This document shows positions 18,883-28,905 of a stretch of 64,000 nucleotides of DNA, one piece after another; position 1 is the first letter of the stretch; each line of letters begins with the position of its first letter. The notes under the pieces were generated by a model, which was not told where the DNA came from, did not search any database, and worked only from the letters and a program-made list of their open reading frames with translations. The DNA is from Spirochaetia bacterium (GTDB taxonomy: Bacteria > Spirochaetota > Spirochaetia > UBA9216): assembly GCA_963675665.1 (NCBI GenBank), contig OY776510.1, forward strand, positions 2,176,001-2,240,000. The letters are read 5' to 3'. The translations under genes were made by a program, and so were the position numbers.

Positions 18883-19721
18883 AATTTGGAGTACATTCAA
18901 TTTTATTCAGCGATTCGTTTCTTGAAAAGGATCTTCCTTTACTTGAAAAGTTGAAAAAGATGGGATTCGATACGGTAGAAATGCCGCCGTTTGATCAGGA
19001 AAACTTCCCTGCGTCAAAAGTAAAACAAATGTCTGAAGAGCTCGGCCTTGATATTAATATTGCTTACGGACTGGAACCTGAACACAATATAATTTCCCCG
19101 GATGCTGATGTCAGAAGGGCCGGAATTGATTTCACAAAAAAGCTTGTTGATATAAGTAATAAAGCGGGAGCAAAGATCTTTGGAGGAGTAATATATTGTC
19201 CCTGGGGATATACTACCGGGAAGGCCCCAACGAAGGATGAATGGTCCTGGGGAGTGGAAGGTTTCAGGGAAATTGCGGAATATGCGGCATCCGAGTCGGA
19301 TCTTGTTCTTTGTGTAGAACCAATTAATAGAATGGAATCACATTTCATCAATACGCTTGAAGCCGGTTCCCGCTTTGTCGAAGACCTTGGAATGAAGAAT
19401 GTTAAGCTTATCATGGATACATATCATCTCATCCGTGAAGAAACATCGGTATATGATTCAATTACTGCTGCAGGAAAACATATTGCCTATGTCCATTCAA
19501 ATGAAAACCACCGGGGCATTCCGGGTTCAGGTCTTGTGCCGTGGGAAGAGGTTTTCAGGGCATTAAAAGCGATTAATTTTGACGGATGCATGACTCTTGA
19601 ATCGTTTAATCCCAATAATGAAAATTGTGCGTCAATGGGTTGTATATGGCGCAAGTTGGCTGATTCTCCCGAACAGCTGGCAAGCGAAGGGCTCAAGTTC
19701 CTGAAAAAGATGGCGGGATAA
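18879..19721 (+). CDS. D-psicose/D-tagatose 3-epimerase-family ketose epimerase
   Basis: GGVIYCPWG, EPINRMESHFINT, DTYH...E, HSNENHRGIPGSG, ESF metal and catalytic motifs. Confidence 0.85.
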   Translation: MKFGVHSILFSDSFLEKDLPLLEKLKKMGFDTVEMPPFDQENFPASKVKQMSEELGLDINIAYGLEPEHNIISPDADVRRAGIDFTKKLVDISNKAGAKIFGGVIYCPWGYTTGKAPTKDEWSWGVEGFREIAEYAASESDLVLCVEPINRMESHFINTLEAGSRFVEDLGMKNVKLIMDTYHLIREETSVYDSITAAGKHIAYVHSNENHRGIPGSGLVPWEEVFRALKAINFDGCMTLESFNPNNENCASMGCIWRKLADSPEQLASEGLKFLKKMAG

Positions 19722-19727
19722 AAAGAT

Positions 19728-20846
19728 ATGAGCGAGAGTCGAACGGAGCACCCTTTCCGGATTTACGAATCAATGCGAAAAACTCCCGACCTTCTTGATG
19801 AATGCCTGGAAGGGAGCGTTTTACAGGATATTGAAGCTCTTTGTGCGGAATTCCGGAAGAGAAAAATCAACAGGATATACTGCCTGGGAACCGGCTCGTC
19901 ATTTCTTGCAGGAATAGCGCAGGCTTTTGCGTTTAGAATGATAACCGGGATGAATGCGGAAGCCTGGAACTCTTTGGAGTTCAGGCTTTATCTTCCTCCC
20001 GGAGTCGACAGGCATACGGCTGTTTTACTGAATTCCCATTCCGGGAAGTCTCCCGGAGATGTGGAAACAATAAAGAGGGCAAAAGCAGCCGGCGCTTTCA
20101 CAGTGGCGGTTACTGATATTGAAAATACCCCGCTTACCGAAAGCAGCGATTATTGTTTCCTCGGACCGGGCGGGGCAAAACACGAGATGCCTTCTACAAG
20201 GACCTATGCAACTGCGGTTTTCAGGGTACTGCAGTTTATCAATGCCCTGGGCCGGACTGACAGGAAGTCCGGTTTTCATGATTACGGCGAAGAGTTAAGC
20301 CGGATTCCGGGCCATATGAGGCAGTGTATTGATTTTTTTGATGAAAAAGGCCCTGAATATGCCGGAAAACTAAGCGGATTCTCAGATTTTCTGGTTATGG
20401 CGCAGGGTCCTAACCTGTCGACAGCCCAGGAAGCTGCGATGGGTTTGACGCAGGCTACCGGCCTGCCTGCCCAGGGATTTCTTCTCGAAGAATATCTCCA
20501 CGGCCAGATTCAGTCTCTGTCTGAAAAAGATGCGGTTATGATCATTGCTTCGCCCGGGCCGTGTAGCGAACGGCTTGCCGGATTTCAGAAAGTTGCGCAG
20601 CGAATCGGCGCGGAAGTATTTCTTTTTGCGCCTGAAGACAGCCCGGTATGTTTGGAAGCGAGAGATTGTATCGCCCTGCCGGGCGGTATTGATGAGGTGC
20701 TTACGCCGGTTTTTTACTGTGTTCCGTTCTGGTTTATAGGATACCATCTGTCCCTGAAATTCGGCAGGGATCCGGACCTTCTGAGCATGGGCACAAAGGA
20801 ATTTACGGAATCCGGACTTGCCCGGTATAAAAAGGAATTTACTTGA
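19728..20846 (+). CDS. SIS-domain phosphosugar isomerase/deglycase (GlmS/AgaS/FrlB-like)
   Basis: LGTGSSF, SHSGKS, STRTY, EEYLHG, C-terminal GRDPD. Confidence 0.8.
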   Translation: MSESRTEHPFRIYESMRKTPDLLDECLEGSVLQDIEALCAEFRKRKINRIYCLGTGSSFLAGIAQAFAFRMITGMNAEAWNSLEFRLYLPPGVDRHTAVLLNSHSGKSPGDVETIKRAKAAGAFTVAVTDIENTPLTESSDYCFLGPGGAKHEMPSTRTYATAVFRVLQFINALGRTDRKSGFHDYGEELSRIPGHMRQCIDFFDEKGPEYAGKLSGFSDFLVMAQGPNLSTAQEAAMGLTQATGLPAQGFLLEEYLHGQIQSLSEKDAVMIIASPGPCSERLAGFQKVAQRIGAEVFLFAPEDSPVCLEARDCIALPGGIDEVLTPVFYCVPFWFIGYHLSLKFGRDPDLLSMGTKEFTESGLARYKKEFT

Positions 20847-20864
20847 AAAATAAAGGAATAATAT

Positions 20865-22556
20865 ATGACATCTATACCTGAGACAAATTATGCCTGGCCG
20901 TTATTCGGCGCCGGGGTTGAAAACCTTGGAATTAACGGTGAACCGGAGCTCCGGAAAGTGGAAATGCCCGGGGACGATGAAATTCTTATCAGGCATGATG
21001 CAGTAAGCCTCTGCTACACTGATGTTAAGGAAATAAATTTCGGGAATACGCATCCGCGCCTCATCGGGCGGGACCTTAAAAAGAATCCTATTGTGCCCGG
21101 GCATGAGGTAAGCATGACTGTTCTGGCGGTAGGAAAGAACCGGCAGAAAGATTATGCGGTCGGTGAACGCTATGTTATTCAACCCGACGTCTGGTATCAG
21201 GGAAAGAGTGTACCGTACAGTTTCGGTATAGACGGCGCATATAGACAATACGCAATAATCGGCAAGGAAGTGCTTGATGGAGATGCCGGAAGCTATCTTA
21301 TTCCGGTTCCTGAAGGAATGTGCTATGCCGGGGCAGCCTTAACCGAACCGTGGGCATGCGTGGAAGCATCATACAGAATGAGATACCGCAACTCGCCTGC
21401 CGCAGGTGGAACGATGTGGATTTATTCTCCTTCGGTTCCCCGCGCAGGTTATACGACAGGCGGTTTGTTTAATCCTGAAGCGCCTCCGAAGAAGGTGGTA
21501 TGCACAGGCCTTCCCGATGATTTAAAAGACGGGATTGCAAAAATCTGCAGTAATCTTTCGGTTGAAATATTGGAAAAAACGGCTGAAGAAGTACTGTCTT
21601 CGGATTTGACTTTTGATGATATTCTTATACTTGATCCCGATTCGCAGGACGCCGCTTCGGCAGGAGGTCATCTTGCAAAGAATGGTATTCAGGTAATTTA
21701 CAGCGGAAAGGAAATGGAACCGGTTCCCATGGATTTGGGTCGAATCCATTATGATCATATCGTTACGATAGGATCCGAAAGTCTGAATCTGGAAGACGGT
21801 TATCGGGAAACAGAGATAGATCCTAATCTGAAAAAAGACGGAATCGCCATGATTCTGGGCGCCGGCGGCCCTATGGGCAGAATGCATGTTCAGCGGGCGA
21901 TAGAATCATCCAGCGGTCCGGGACTTGTGGTTGCGGTCAACAGAAGTAAAAAGAAACTTGATGATCTTATGGAAAATTTTGCTCCGCTTGCTGAAGAGAA
22001 AGGGGTGGAGCTTGTCGGAATAAGTCCGGAGGGCGATCCGGAGTATTATAAATCTGTTATCAACAGGGTAATGGATTCGGGCGGTTTTGATGATATAGAG
22101 GTGATGATATCCGATCTGCCGACAATTACCGACGCGTTCAAACTCCTGGCAAAAGGCGGAGTAATGAATGTTTTCGCCGGGGTCAAAAAGGGCACAATGG
22201 CCTCTTTTGACGTTAACAGGATTTTCGGCCCGATGAAAAACCGTCTGGTTGGATATTCCGGTTCGGGAATAGAAGACCAGATTTCAATAATTAATCGTTA
22301 CAAGGCGGGAGAACTGGAAACGAGAAGATCAGTGATTGCTGTCGGAGGAATCCGCCAGATTCCTGAAGGTGTGCGCGCAATGGAAGAATCAAGGTTTCCC
22401 GGGAAGATATTGATATATCCCGGGATCGAAGATTTTCCGCTGACGCCGATCAATGAGATTGGCCGGCTTCTTCCCGAAGTTTTTAACGCGCTTGAAGACG
22501 GCAGGGTATGGACTGCGGAAGCCGAGCGGATATTTCTGGAGGTTGCATCAAAATGA
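20865..22556 (+). CDS. Zn-dependent dehydrogenase, L-sorbose-1-phosphate reductase (SorE)-like, extended form
   Basis: DDEILIRHDAVSLCYTDVK, HPRL...PIVPGHE, LTEPWACV, LGAGGPMG, FPGKILIYP. Confidence 0.75.
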   Translation: MTSIPETNYAWPLFGAGVENLGINGEPELRKVEMPGDDEILIRHDAVSLCYTDVKEINFGNTHPRLIGRDLKKNPIVPGHEVSMTVLAVGKNRQKDYAVGERYVIQPDVWYQGKSVPYSFGIDGAYRQYAIIGKEVLDGDAGSYLIPVPEGMCYAGAALTEPWACVEASYRMRYRNSPAAGGTMWIYSPSVPRAGYTTGGLFNPEAPPKKVVCTGLPDDLKDGIAKICSNLSVEILEKTAEEVLSSDLTFDDILILDPDSQDAASAGGHLAKNGIQVIYSGKEMEPVPMDLGRIHYDHIVTIGSESLNLEDGYRETEIDPNLKKDGIAMILGAGGPMGRMHVQRAIESSSGPGLVVAVNRSKKKLDDLMENFAPLAEEKGVELVGISPEGDPEYYKSVINRVMDSGGFDDIEVMISDLPTITDAFKLLAKGGVMNVFAGVKKGTMASFDVNRIFGPMKNRLVGYSGSGIEDQISIINRYKAGELETRRSVIAVGGIRQIPEGVRAMEESRFPGKILIYPGIEDFPLTPINEIGRLLPEVFNALEDGRVWTAEAERIFLEVASK

Positions 22557-23548
22557 ATTATCGTACTCTTGGAAAAACAGGCATCAGGATAAGTGAACTT
22601 GGTATCGGCGGAGGAATGTTTCATCAATATTCCGAACAAAAGGTTAGTGAAGCCGTGAATATTATAAGTCACGCATTTGATTTGGGAATAAACTATATTG
22701 ATACCGCGCCGGCTTATGGCGACAGTGAAAAGGTGATCGGCGAAGTCTGTAAAAAAATAGAAGGCCCCTGCATTTTTTCCACCAAACTCGGGGGAAGACC
22801 GCAGCCTTTCCAGCCTCAGAACAAAAAGGCCCTTCGCAGTTCCTTTGAGGAAAGTCTGAAGCTTCTCGGTCGCAGTCATGTAGATATTTTATTTATACAT
22901 GAAGCCGACAGGCCCGGACAATATGACTGGTTTACCGATCGAAAAAAACTGGAAGGTCCCGTTCTGGAGCTTATTGACGATTTGAAGTCGGAAGGAGTAA
23001 TAAAATACTGCGGAATTGCGGGAACTACGGTTTACGAAATGATGAATCTGGTAAAAACAGGTCTCTTCGATGTATTGCTTACAGCTTTCAATTCAAGTCT
23101 GTTATGGCAGGAAAGCCTTCGGTACCTTATTCCTGAGGCAAAAAAAGAGAAAATGGGCGTGGTTATAGGTTCGCCGCTACAACATGGGGCTCTTGCCTGT
23201 TTGTATGAAGATGAAATAGAGAACGGCGCACTGTGGCTTTCCAGTCCCAGGCGCATGCAGTTTAAGAAGTTATATGAATATGTACGCGATCTGGATATGC
23301 CGATATCAGTTCTGGGTCTGAGGTATATGATGTCAAACCCGGATATTTCCTCTGTTCTTATGGGTGTAGGAAACATAAAAGAGCTTGAAGAGAATGCACG
23401 TACAATTAATGCCGGCCCGCTTGATGATGAAATCATTGAAAAGATAAACGAGATAGCTGATCTCGTACCGTTCAGACCATATGAAGAACCTTACAAGCTT
23501 CCGTTCGGCAGAGATTATACAGGTCCCGGACATATCGGAAAACTTTAG
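22553..23548 (+). CDS. Aldo/keto reductase
   Basis: YRTLGKTG, GINYIDTAPAYGDSE, STK, IHE; ATGA overlap with upstream gene. Confidence 0.9.
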   Translation: MNYRTLGKTGIRISELGIGGGMFHQYSEQKVSEAVNIISHAFDLGINYIDTAPAYGDSEKVIGEVCKKIEGPCIFSTKLGGRPQPFQPQNKKALRSSFEESLKLLGRSHVDILFIHEADRPGQYDWFTDRKKLEGPVLELIDDLKSEGVIKYCGIAGTTVYEMMNLVKTGLFDVLLTAFNSSLLWQESLRYLIPEAKKEKMGVVIGSPLQHGALACLYEDEIENGALWLSSPRRMQFKKLYEYVRDLDMPISVLGLRYMMSNPDISSVLMGVGNIKELEENARTINAGPLDDEIIEKINEIADLVPFRPYEEPYKLPFGRDYTGPGHIGKL

Positions 23549-23567
23549 GAATAAGCGAGAATATCAG

Positions 23568-24569
23568 ATGCTTGGATTATTTATTATTGAGAAGAATAAA
23601 CTTGGATTTCTTGAATGTGAGACCCCCGAGATAGGTGAATACGATGCTCTGGTCCAGACTATTGCATGCGGAATATGCAACAGCACTGACTGGAAGATAA
23701 TAGAAGGCCGATTTAAAAAAGGACCTTTCCCGATTTTATTGGGACACGAATCTGTAGGAAGAGTAATAAAAACAGGCAAAAATGTTCATAATTTCAGGGA
23801 AGGAGATCTGGTTCTGCGTCCCAGAATGTATGATAAAGATCTTTCAATACCCGGGAGCGTCAGGTTCGGAGGGTTTGCCCAGTATGCAGTTGTAACCGAT
23901 GTCTGGGCGCGTGACGGTGTTGACTATAATTCAATTCCCCATCCGCAGCAGAAAATCCCCGATTCGATATCGGCCGTCCAGGCGGCAAGCCTGATTACCT
24001 TGAAAGAGAACCTGAGTTCCGTAAAAAACACAAATGTCGGGCCGGGAGAATCTCTGGCTATTGTCGGTACCGGGCCTGTGGCTCAAACAATGGTTATCTC
24101 CGCAAAGCTGCTTGGAATATCACCGATTGCAGTGTTCGGAAGGCAGGAAAAGTGGGCTGATAAATTCATGAAACTGGGCGCCGACTGGTATGTTACCGGA
24201 TCCGAGTATCCTGATGATGTTTTCAGACTGCTTGATCGTGGAGGCTTCGATAAAGTTATCGAAGCCGTGGGTTCACAGGATGCGCTTACCAAATGTCTTG
24301 AGATTGTTAAAAATGACGGATTGATAAATCTTTACGGAATGCCGGCTGATGACGAGGCATATAACGAGGGAACTTTGAAAGATCCGCGAATCACAAGAGC
24401 CAAAGTCTCCGAAGCTGAAGCGCATGACGATATGCTTCGCTGGGTTGAGGAAGGCAAAATAAACCTTGACGACTGGGTTTCTCATGTCCTGCCGTGGGAG
24501 GAATATGAATACGGTTTTAAGCAGGTCAAAGAGAAAAAAGCTGATAAGGTAGTATTGAAAATTAATTAG
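23568..24569 (+). CDS. Zn-binding alcohol/polyol dehydrogenase
   Basis: ACGICNSTD, LGHESVG, GTGPVA. Confidence 0.87.
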   Translation: MLGLFIIEKNKLGFLECETPEIGEYDALVQTIACGICNSTDWKIIEGRFKKGPFPILLGHESVGRVIKTGKNVHNFREGDLVLRPRMYDKDLSIPGSVRFGGFAQYAVVTDVWARDGVDYNSIPHPQQKIPDSISAVQAASLITLKENLSSVKNTNVGPGESLAIVGTGPVAQTMVISAKLLGISPIAVFGRQEKWADKFMKLGADWYVTGSEYPDDVFRLLDRGGFDKVIEAVGSQDALTKCLEIVKNDGLINLYGMPADDEAYNEGTLKDPRITRAKVSEAEAHDDMLRWVEEGKINLDDWVSHVLPWEEYEYGFKQVKEKKADKVVLKIN

Positions 24570-24591
24570 GATAATTATTAAGGAGAGAACA

Positions 24592-24963
24592 TTGTATATA
24601 ACGGATATAAACGATCAAAAAGCAGTAATGACATCTCCGTCCGGCAATTCCATACACTGGATGCTTACAAAAGAAACAGGCATGCCGAATTTTGAATTAA
24701 GATATATTGAAATCCCGGCAGGAGGCCGGACCAGTTATGGTCAGCATGAACATGAACACGGGGTTTTTATTATCGGAGGGACCGGAGAAGTCCGGGGAAA
24801 GAACGGTTCCGGAGATTTTTCGGAAAAACTTGAAGCCGGAAAGGCGGTATTTATTCCGGGGAATGAAGAACACCAGTGGATAAACACCGGTGAAACGGTA
24901 TTGACAATAATATGCGTCATACCACCGGGTGCTGAAGATCAATTCAAACCTGATACGGTTTAA
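24592..24963 (+). CDS. Cupin-domain protein
   Basis: HEHEHGVFI...FIPGNEEHQW metal-binding cupin motifs; TTG start with AGGAG RBS. Confidence 0.85.
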   Translation: MYITDINDQKAVMTSPSGNSIHWMLTKETGMPNFELRYIEIPAGGRTSYGQHEHEHGVFIIGGTGEVRGKNGSGDFSEKLEAGKAVFIPGNEEHQWINTGETVLTIICVIPPGAEDQFKPDTV

Positions 24964-24980
24964 CAGGGAGTTTTTTTATT

Positions 24981-26147
24981 ATGCCAGTATTATTACAGTT
25001 TGGAGCGGGAAATATCGGAAGAAGTCTCTGTGCCAATATCTTTTCCGGCCTCGGATTTGAAATTGTTTTTGTTGATACTGATGAAACTCTGGTGAATTTG
25101 CTGAACGAAAAAGGTTTTTTTGAAATTACGGTAAAAGAGAATGAAGAATCTTTGATAAAAATAAGTCCGGTCCGGGCATTGTCGATAAAACAGAAAAGCG
25201 ATGTGGAATTGATGCTTAAAAGCGCTGATATTATATCTACCGCGGTCGGAGCCGGTAATCTTCAACATTTATTCCCGATATTTGCTGAAGCCTTAAATAT
25301 GCGTAAAGATAAGGTTAATATCCTTATTTGTGAGAATGTGAAGAATTCCGAAGAAATTTTTAGAAACGGCCTAAAAGAAGCCGGGTTTAAAAACTTTGAG
25401 CGGACAGGTTTAATAGGTACGGCAATCGAGAAAATGGTCCCGACAGTGCCTGCCGAAATCAGAGAGACGGATCCTCTGGCAACATGGGGGGAAAGTTATA
25501 ACATTCTTCAGGTAAACGCTTCTGCTCAATGCCGGCCTCTTCCTTCAAGCCGTGATATTGTTCCGGTAGGATCGCTGACTGAAATTTATGAAAGAAAGCT
25601 CTATATCGCCAATTTATGCCATACTTTGACCTCAATTCTCGGTTTTCTGAACGGTTATTCATTAATTGCTGATGCATTATCAGTGCCGTCTGTCAAGGAT
25701 TTCGTTAGAAAGGCGGCTGAAGAGTCGGCGCATGTGCTTTCTGAAAAGTACCCCGGTCTGTTCAGTGACCAACCGGCGGATGCGTATATTGCCCAATTTT
25801 TAAGACGGCTCGGGAATAAAGGCCTTAAAGATACTGTATACCGCGGAGGAAGAGACATCGGAAGAAAACTTGCCCCGGGGGAGAGGCTTCTTGGTCCGGC
25901 TGTGCTTTATTACGATGCATTTAACAAACCGCCGGATAATCTGAGCCGGGCTGTTGCTGCCGCTCTATATTTTGAGGCCCCTGATGAGAGCGGCCGGAGT
26001 TTTGAAAAAGACAGTCTTTTATGCAAAACTGTTGCGGAAAACGGAGTTGAGAGTTTTTTCAGGAATAATATAAATCTTGTCGGAAGGGATGGTTTGGTAT
26101 CCCGGATTGATTTCGAATACAGAAAAGGCAGGGAAAGTTTTAAATGA
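24981..26147 (+). CDS. mtlD: Mannitol-1-phosphate 5-dehydrogenase-family protein
   Basis: QFGAGNIGR, STAVG, ICEN, ERKLYIANLCH, GRDIGRKLAPGERL. Confidence 0.8.
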   Translation: MPVLLQFGAGNIGRSLCANIFSGLGFEIVFVDTDETLVNLLNEKGFFEITVKENEESLIKISPVRALSIKQKSDVELMLKSADIISTAVGAGNLQHLFPIFAEALNMRKDKVNILICENVKNSEEIFRNGLKEAGFKNFERTGLIGTAIEKMVPTVPAEIRETDPLATWGESYNILQVNASAQCRPLPSSRDIVPVGSLTEIYERKLYIANLCHTLTSILGFLNGYSLIADALSVPSVKDFVRKAAEESAHVLSEKYPGLFSDQPADAYIAQFLRRLGNKGLKDTVYRGGRDIGRKLAPGERLLGPAVLYYDAFNKPPDNLSRAVAAALYFEAPDESGRSFEKDSLLCKTVAENGVESFFRNNINLVGRDGLVSRIDFEYRKGRESFK

Positions 26148-27661
26148 GTGTAATGGGACTTGATATCGGCACAAGCGGATGCAAAGCTGTATCGATCAGC
26201 AGAGACGGCATGATTCTGGGGATAGCGCACAGGGAATACAGTTTTGATTCTCCATTTCCCGGCCGGCTTGAAATGGATCCTGAAGTTTTATGGACTGCTG
26301 TCTGTGAAGCTATTAAGGAAACATCGGAACTTTGCCTTAAAGATCCTGCAGAGTCGGTTTGTATCGCAACAATGGGCGACAGCTTCGTACCCGTGGATAA
26401 TAACGGAAGGCCGACAGGTCCGTTTATACTTGCATCGGATAACAGATCCTCCGAAGAAACCGGAATGCTTGTTGATCGGCTTGGAAAGAAAAACATATTC
26501 AATCTGACGGGGATGCCGCCGCAGCCAATAAATACGATAACCAAGATTCTGTGGATAAAAAATAAAAACAAGGTGTTGTTTGATGAAAGCCGGATGTTTT
26601 TATGCTGTGAGGATTTTATTATCGGAAGACTTACCGGAAAACCGGTCACCTCATATTCAAGCGCCAGCAGGACAATGGCTTTTGATGTTAACAGTAAAGA
26701 ATGGTCGGATGAAATACTTTCAGCGGCAGGTCTGAATCCTGAAGTTTTTCCGGAGGCTGTGCCGTCAGGCACCGTAGTCGGTATTGTAACTTCAGATTTG
26801 AGCTCCTCTGTTTTCATGAGCAAGGGTGTAAAAGTTGTTACAGGCGGTATGGATCAGACTTGCGCCACAATAGGGGCCGATGCATATGATAAAGGCCGTA
26901 TTTTGAATTCAATGGGTACTCTTGAAGTTCTGGCTCCGACCATCGACAGGGCAAGTATAAAGGGCGAACTGGCCGAGGGATTACTCGGCAAGGATTTTTC
27001 AGTCAACGAGCATGTTATCCCCGGCAAAGTTCTTATTATGGGATTGGTTATTAATGCCGGCTCCATAATCCGATGGTTCAGAAATGAATTTATATCGGGC
27101 GGTGAACAGGAATTTCTGGGAATGTTTGAGGGGTGTAACAAGTCTCTCACCTCTTTGCTTTTCTTCCCATATTTTTCGGGTCGCGGCACGCCGTATATGA
27201 ACCCTGACGCTGTCGGAATGTGGTGGGGACTTGATTTCAGTACGGGCAAAAAAGAGCTTTTTCAGGCGGTGCTTCAGGGCATCAGTTACGAGGCATATAA
27301 AAATCTTAATGCTCTGAAGGCGCTTGGAATTCCCGTCTCATCAATAACCTGTGTAGGCGGAGGCGCAAGATCACTGGACTGGCTGCAAATGAAATCCGAT
27401 TTGTTCGGTGTGCCTGTTAAGCAGAACCTGAATAATGATGCCGCGGGAATTGGCGCCGGAATACTGGCCGGGACGGCAATTGATTACTGGGATTCGCTTG
27501 AAACAGCAACGGCATTATTTACTTCAGAAGAAGAAACACTTAAACCTGATCTCGCCAAAACGGAAATCCTGAAAAAACACTATGAATTATTCGACGAACT
27601 GCATGATGCAGTCCTTTCAAAATATAAAAGGTTCAAGGAGGTATTGCCGTATTTGAGATGA
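26144..27661 (+). CDS. FGGY-family carbohydrate kinase (second copy)
   Basis: GLDIGTSGCKA, SSASRTM, GGMDQTCA, VGGGARSLDWLQMKSD. Confidence 0.9.
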   Translation: MSVMGLDIGTSGCKAVSISRDGMILGIAHREYSFDSPFPGRLEMDPEVLWTAVCEAIKETSELCLKDPAESVCIATMGDSFVPVDNNGRPTGPFILASDNRSSEETGMLVDRLGKKNIFNLTGMPPQPINTITKILWIKNKNKVLFDESRMFLCCEDFIIGRLTGKPVTSYSSASRTMAFDVNSKEWSDEILSAAGLNPEVFPEAVPSGTVVGIVTSDLSSSVFMSKGVKVVTGGMDQTCATIGADAYDKGRILNSMGTLEVLAPTIDRASIKGELAEGLLGKDFSVNEHVIPGKVLIMGLVINAGSIIRWFRNEFISGGEQEFLGMFEGCNKSLTSLLFFPYFSGRGTPYMNPDAVGMWWGLDFSTGKKELFQAVLQGISYEAYKNLNALKALGIPVSSITCVGGGARSLDWLQMKSDLFGVPVKQNLNNDAAGIGAGILAGTAIDYWDSLETATALFTSEEETLKPDLAKTEILKKHYELFDELHDAVLSKYKRFKEVLPYLR

Positions 27662-27724
27662 ATGTTGCGGGAAAAGAATTAAAAAAAGGGAAATGATGCG
27701 TAAGCATTATTTTTGGAAAAATTA

Positions 27725-28813
27725 TTTTTAAAAACACAGATGGAGGTGTTGATTATGAAAATCAAAATGGCATTAATTCTGGTTGCAGTGTGTTTTCTGG
27801 CGGTTTTTTCGGTATACGCAGGCGGCCAGCAGGAAGCGGAAAAGCCTGTAACAATGTGTACAGCCATCAAGTTTCTTGACAATCCGTATCATATTGACTG
27901 GATAGCCGGAGGCGAAGGATTTGCCGAAAGTATCGGAATGAAAGATATGATAGTAAACCAGGCCTCACAGGGAAGCAGTGAAAAGCAGTTGAACGATATA
28001 AAGGCCCTGATTGCAAAAACCGGCGGAAACGTCATATGCAATATAGATCCGAATCAGGCCCCTGATGTTGTTCCCCTGGCAAAGGCTCTTGAGGATGCGG
28101 GTGTATATTTTGTAACCTGGTGGAACAAACCCGATGATATCAAGGTATGGGACTATGACCACTGGGTATGCCATGTAACCTTTGACGGGGTATCGGCAGG
28201 CAAGTTTATAGCGAACAGTCTGTTTGACACCTTTGAGACTCCGGGCAAGGGAAAGATAGTAGCCCTTGAAGGCCAGCTTGCGAACTCTGCGTTTATTGAA
28301 AGATGGGAAGGTCTGCAGCAGGCGTTGGCAGAAAATCCCGGAGTAGAACTGGTAGCGTATGAGCCGGCCGAATGGGACAGGACGAAAGCCTTCGACAAGC
28401 TGTCGAGTATGCTGGTAGCCCATCCTGATATAGACGGGGTATGGGCGGCAAATGACAATATGGCGCTTGGAGCAATAGAAGCGCTGAGAGCAGCCGGTCT
28501 TGCCGGAAAGGTAAAGGTCTGCGGAGTAGACGGAACAGAAGAAATGATAAGAGCGATAGTTGCCGGCGAAGCCTGTGCAACGGCAGCTCCTGATGCGAAA
28601 TGGCAGGGAGGAATAGGTCTTTCCATGGCATATGCGGCAAAGAACGGCGAGCTTGATGTTGCGTCAATACCGAAAGAGAAGAGACAATGGTATGCTACAA
28701 TGGTAAATATAGACAGCAGCAATGCCCAGGAATGGGTAGAGACTGTAATCGAAGCGACACCCGAATATGACTGGAATGATCATTTCGGACGTTTCCTTAA
28801 AACAATAAAGTAA
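27725..28813 (+). repeat. Direct repeat copy 1 (SBP gene plus RBS region), near-identical to 36752-37839
   Basis: 1059-bp CDS and upstream TTTTTAAAA(A)CACARATGGAGGTGTTGA shared with the second copy 9026 bp downstream. Confidence 0.92.
27755..28813 (+). CDS. Sugar ABC transporter substrate-binding protein (RbsB-like), copy 1
   Basis: GGAGG RBS; AGGQQEA leader; DNPY, WAANDNMALGA, GVDG. Confidence 0.92.
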   Translation: MKIKMALILVAVCFLAVFSVYAGGQQEAEKPVTMCTAIKFLDNPYHIDWIAGGEGFAESIGMKDMIVNQASQGSSEKQLNDIKALIAKTGGNVICNIDPNQAPDVVPLAKALEDAGVYFVTWWNKPDDIKVWDYDHWVCHVTFDGVSAGKFIANSLFDTFETPGKGKIVALEGQLANSAFIERWEGLQQALAENPGVELVAYEPAEWDRTKAFDKLSSMLVAHPDIDGVWAANDNMALGAIEALRAAGLAGKVKVCGVDGTEEMIRAIVAGEACATAAPDAKWQGGIGLSMAYAAKNGELDVASIPKEKRQWYATMVNIDSSNAQEWVETVIEATPEYDWNDHFGRFLKTIK

Positions 28814-28870
28814 CCTTTATTGTTAAAAACAAATGATAAAGATTCATGATTTATCATGGATCTTTATCAT
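28801..28870 (+). other. Tandem hairpins after SBP copy 1
   Basis: AACAATAAAG-TAAC-CTTTATTGTT (28801-28824) and ATGATAAAGATTCATGAT-TT-ATCATGGATCTTTATCAT (28833-28870). Confidence 0.6.
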
Positions 28871-28905
28871 ATAAAACTGCTGAAGGGGGAAGATAAATTC
28901 GGAGT

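Noticed and set aside
22298-22879. 193-aa antisense ORF over the aldo/keto reductase
   Set aside because: Typical antisense shadow of a well-supported sense gene
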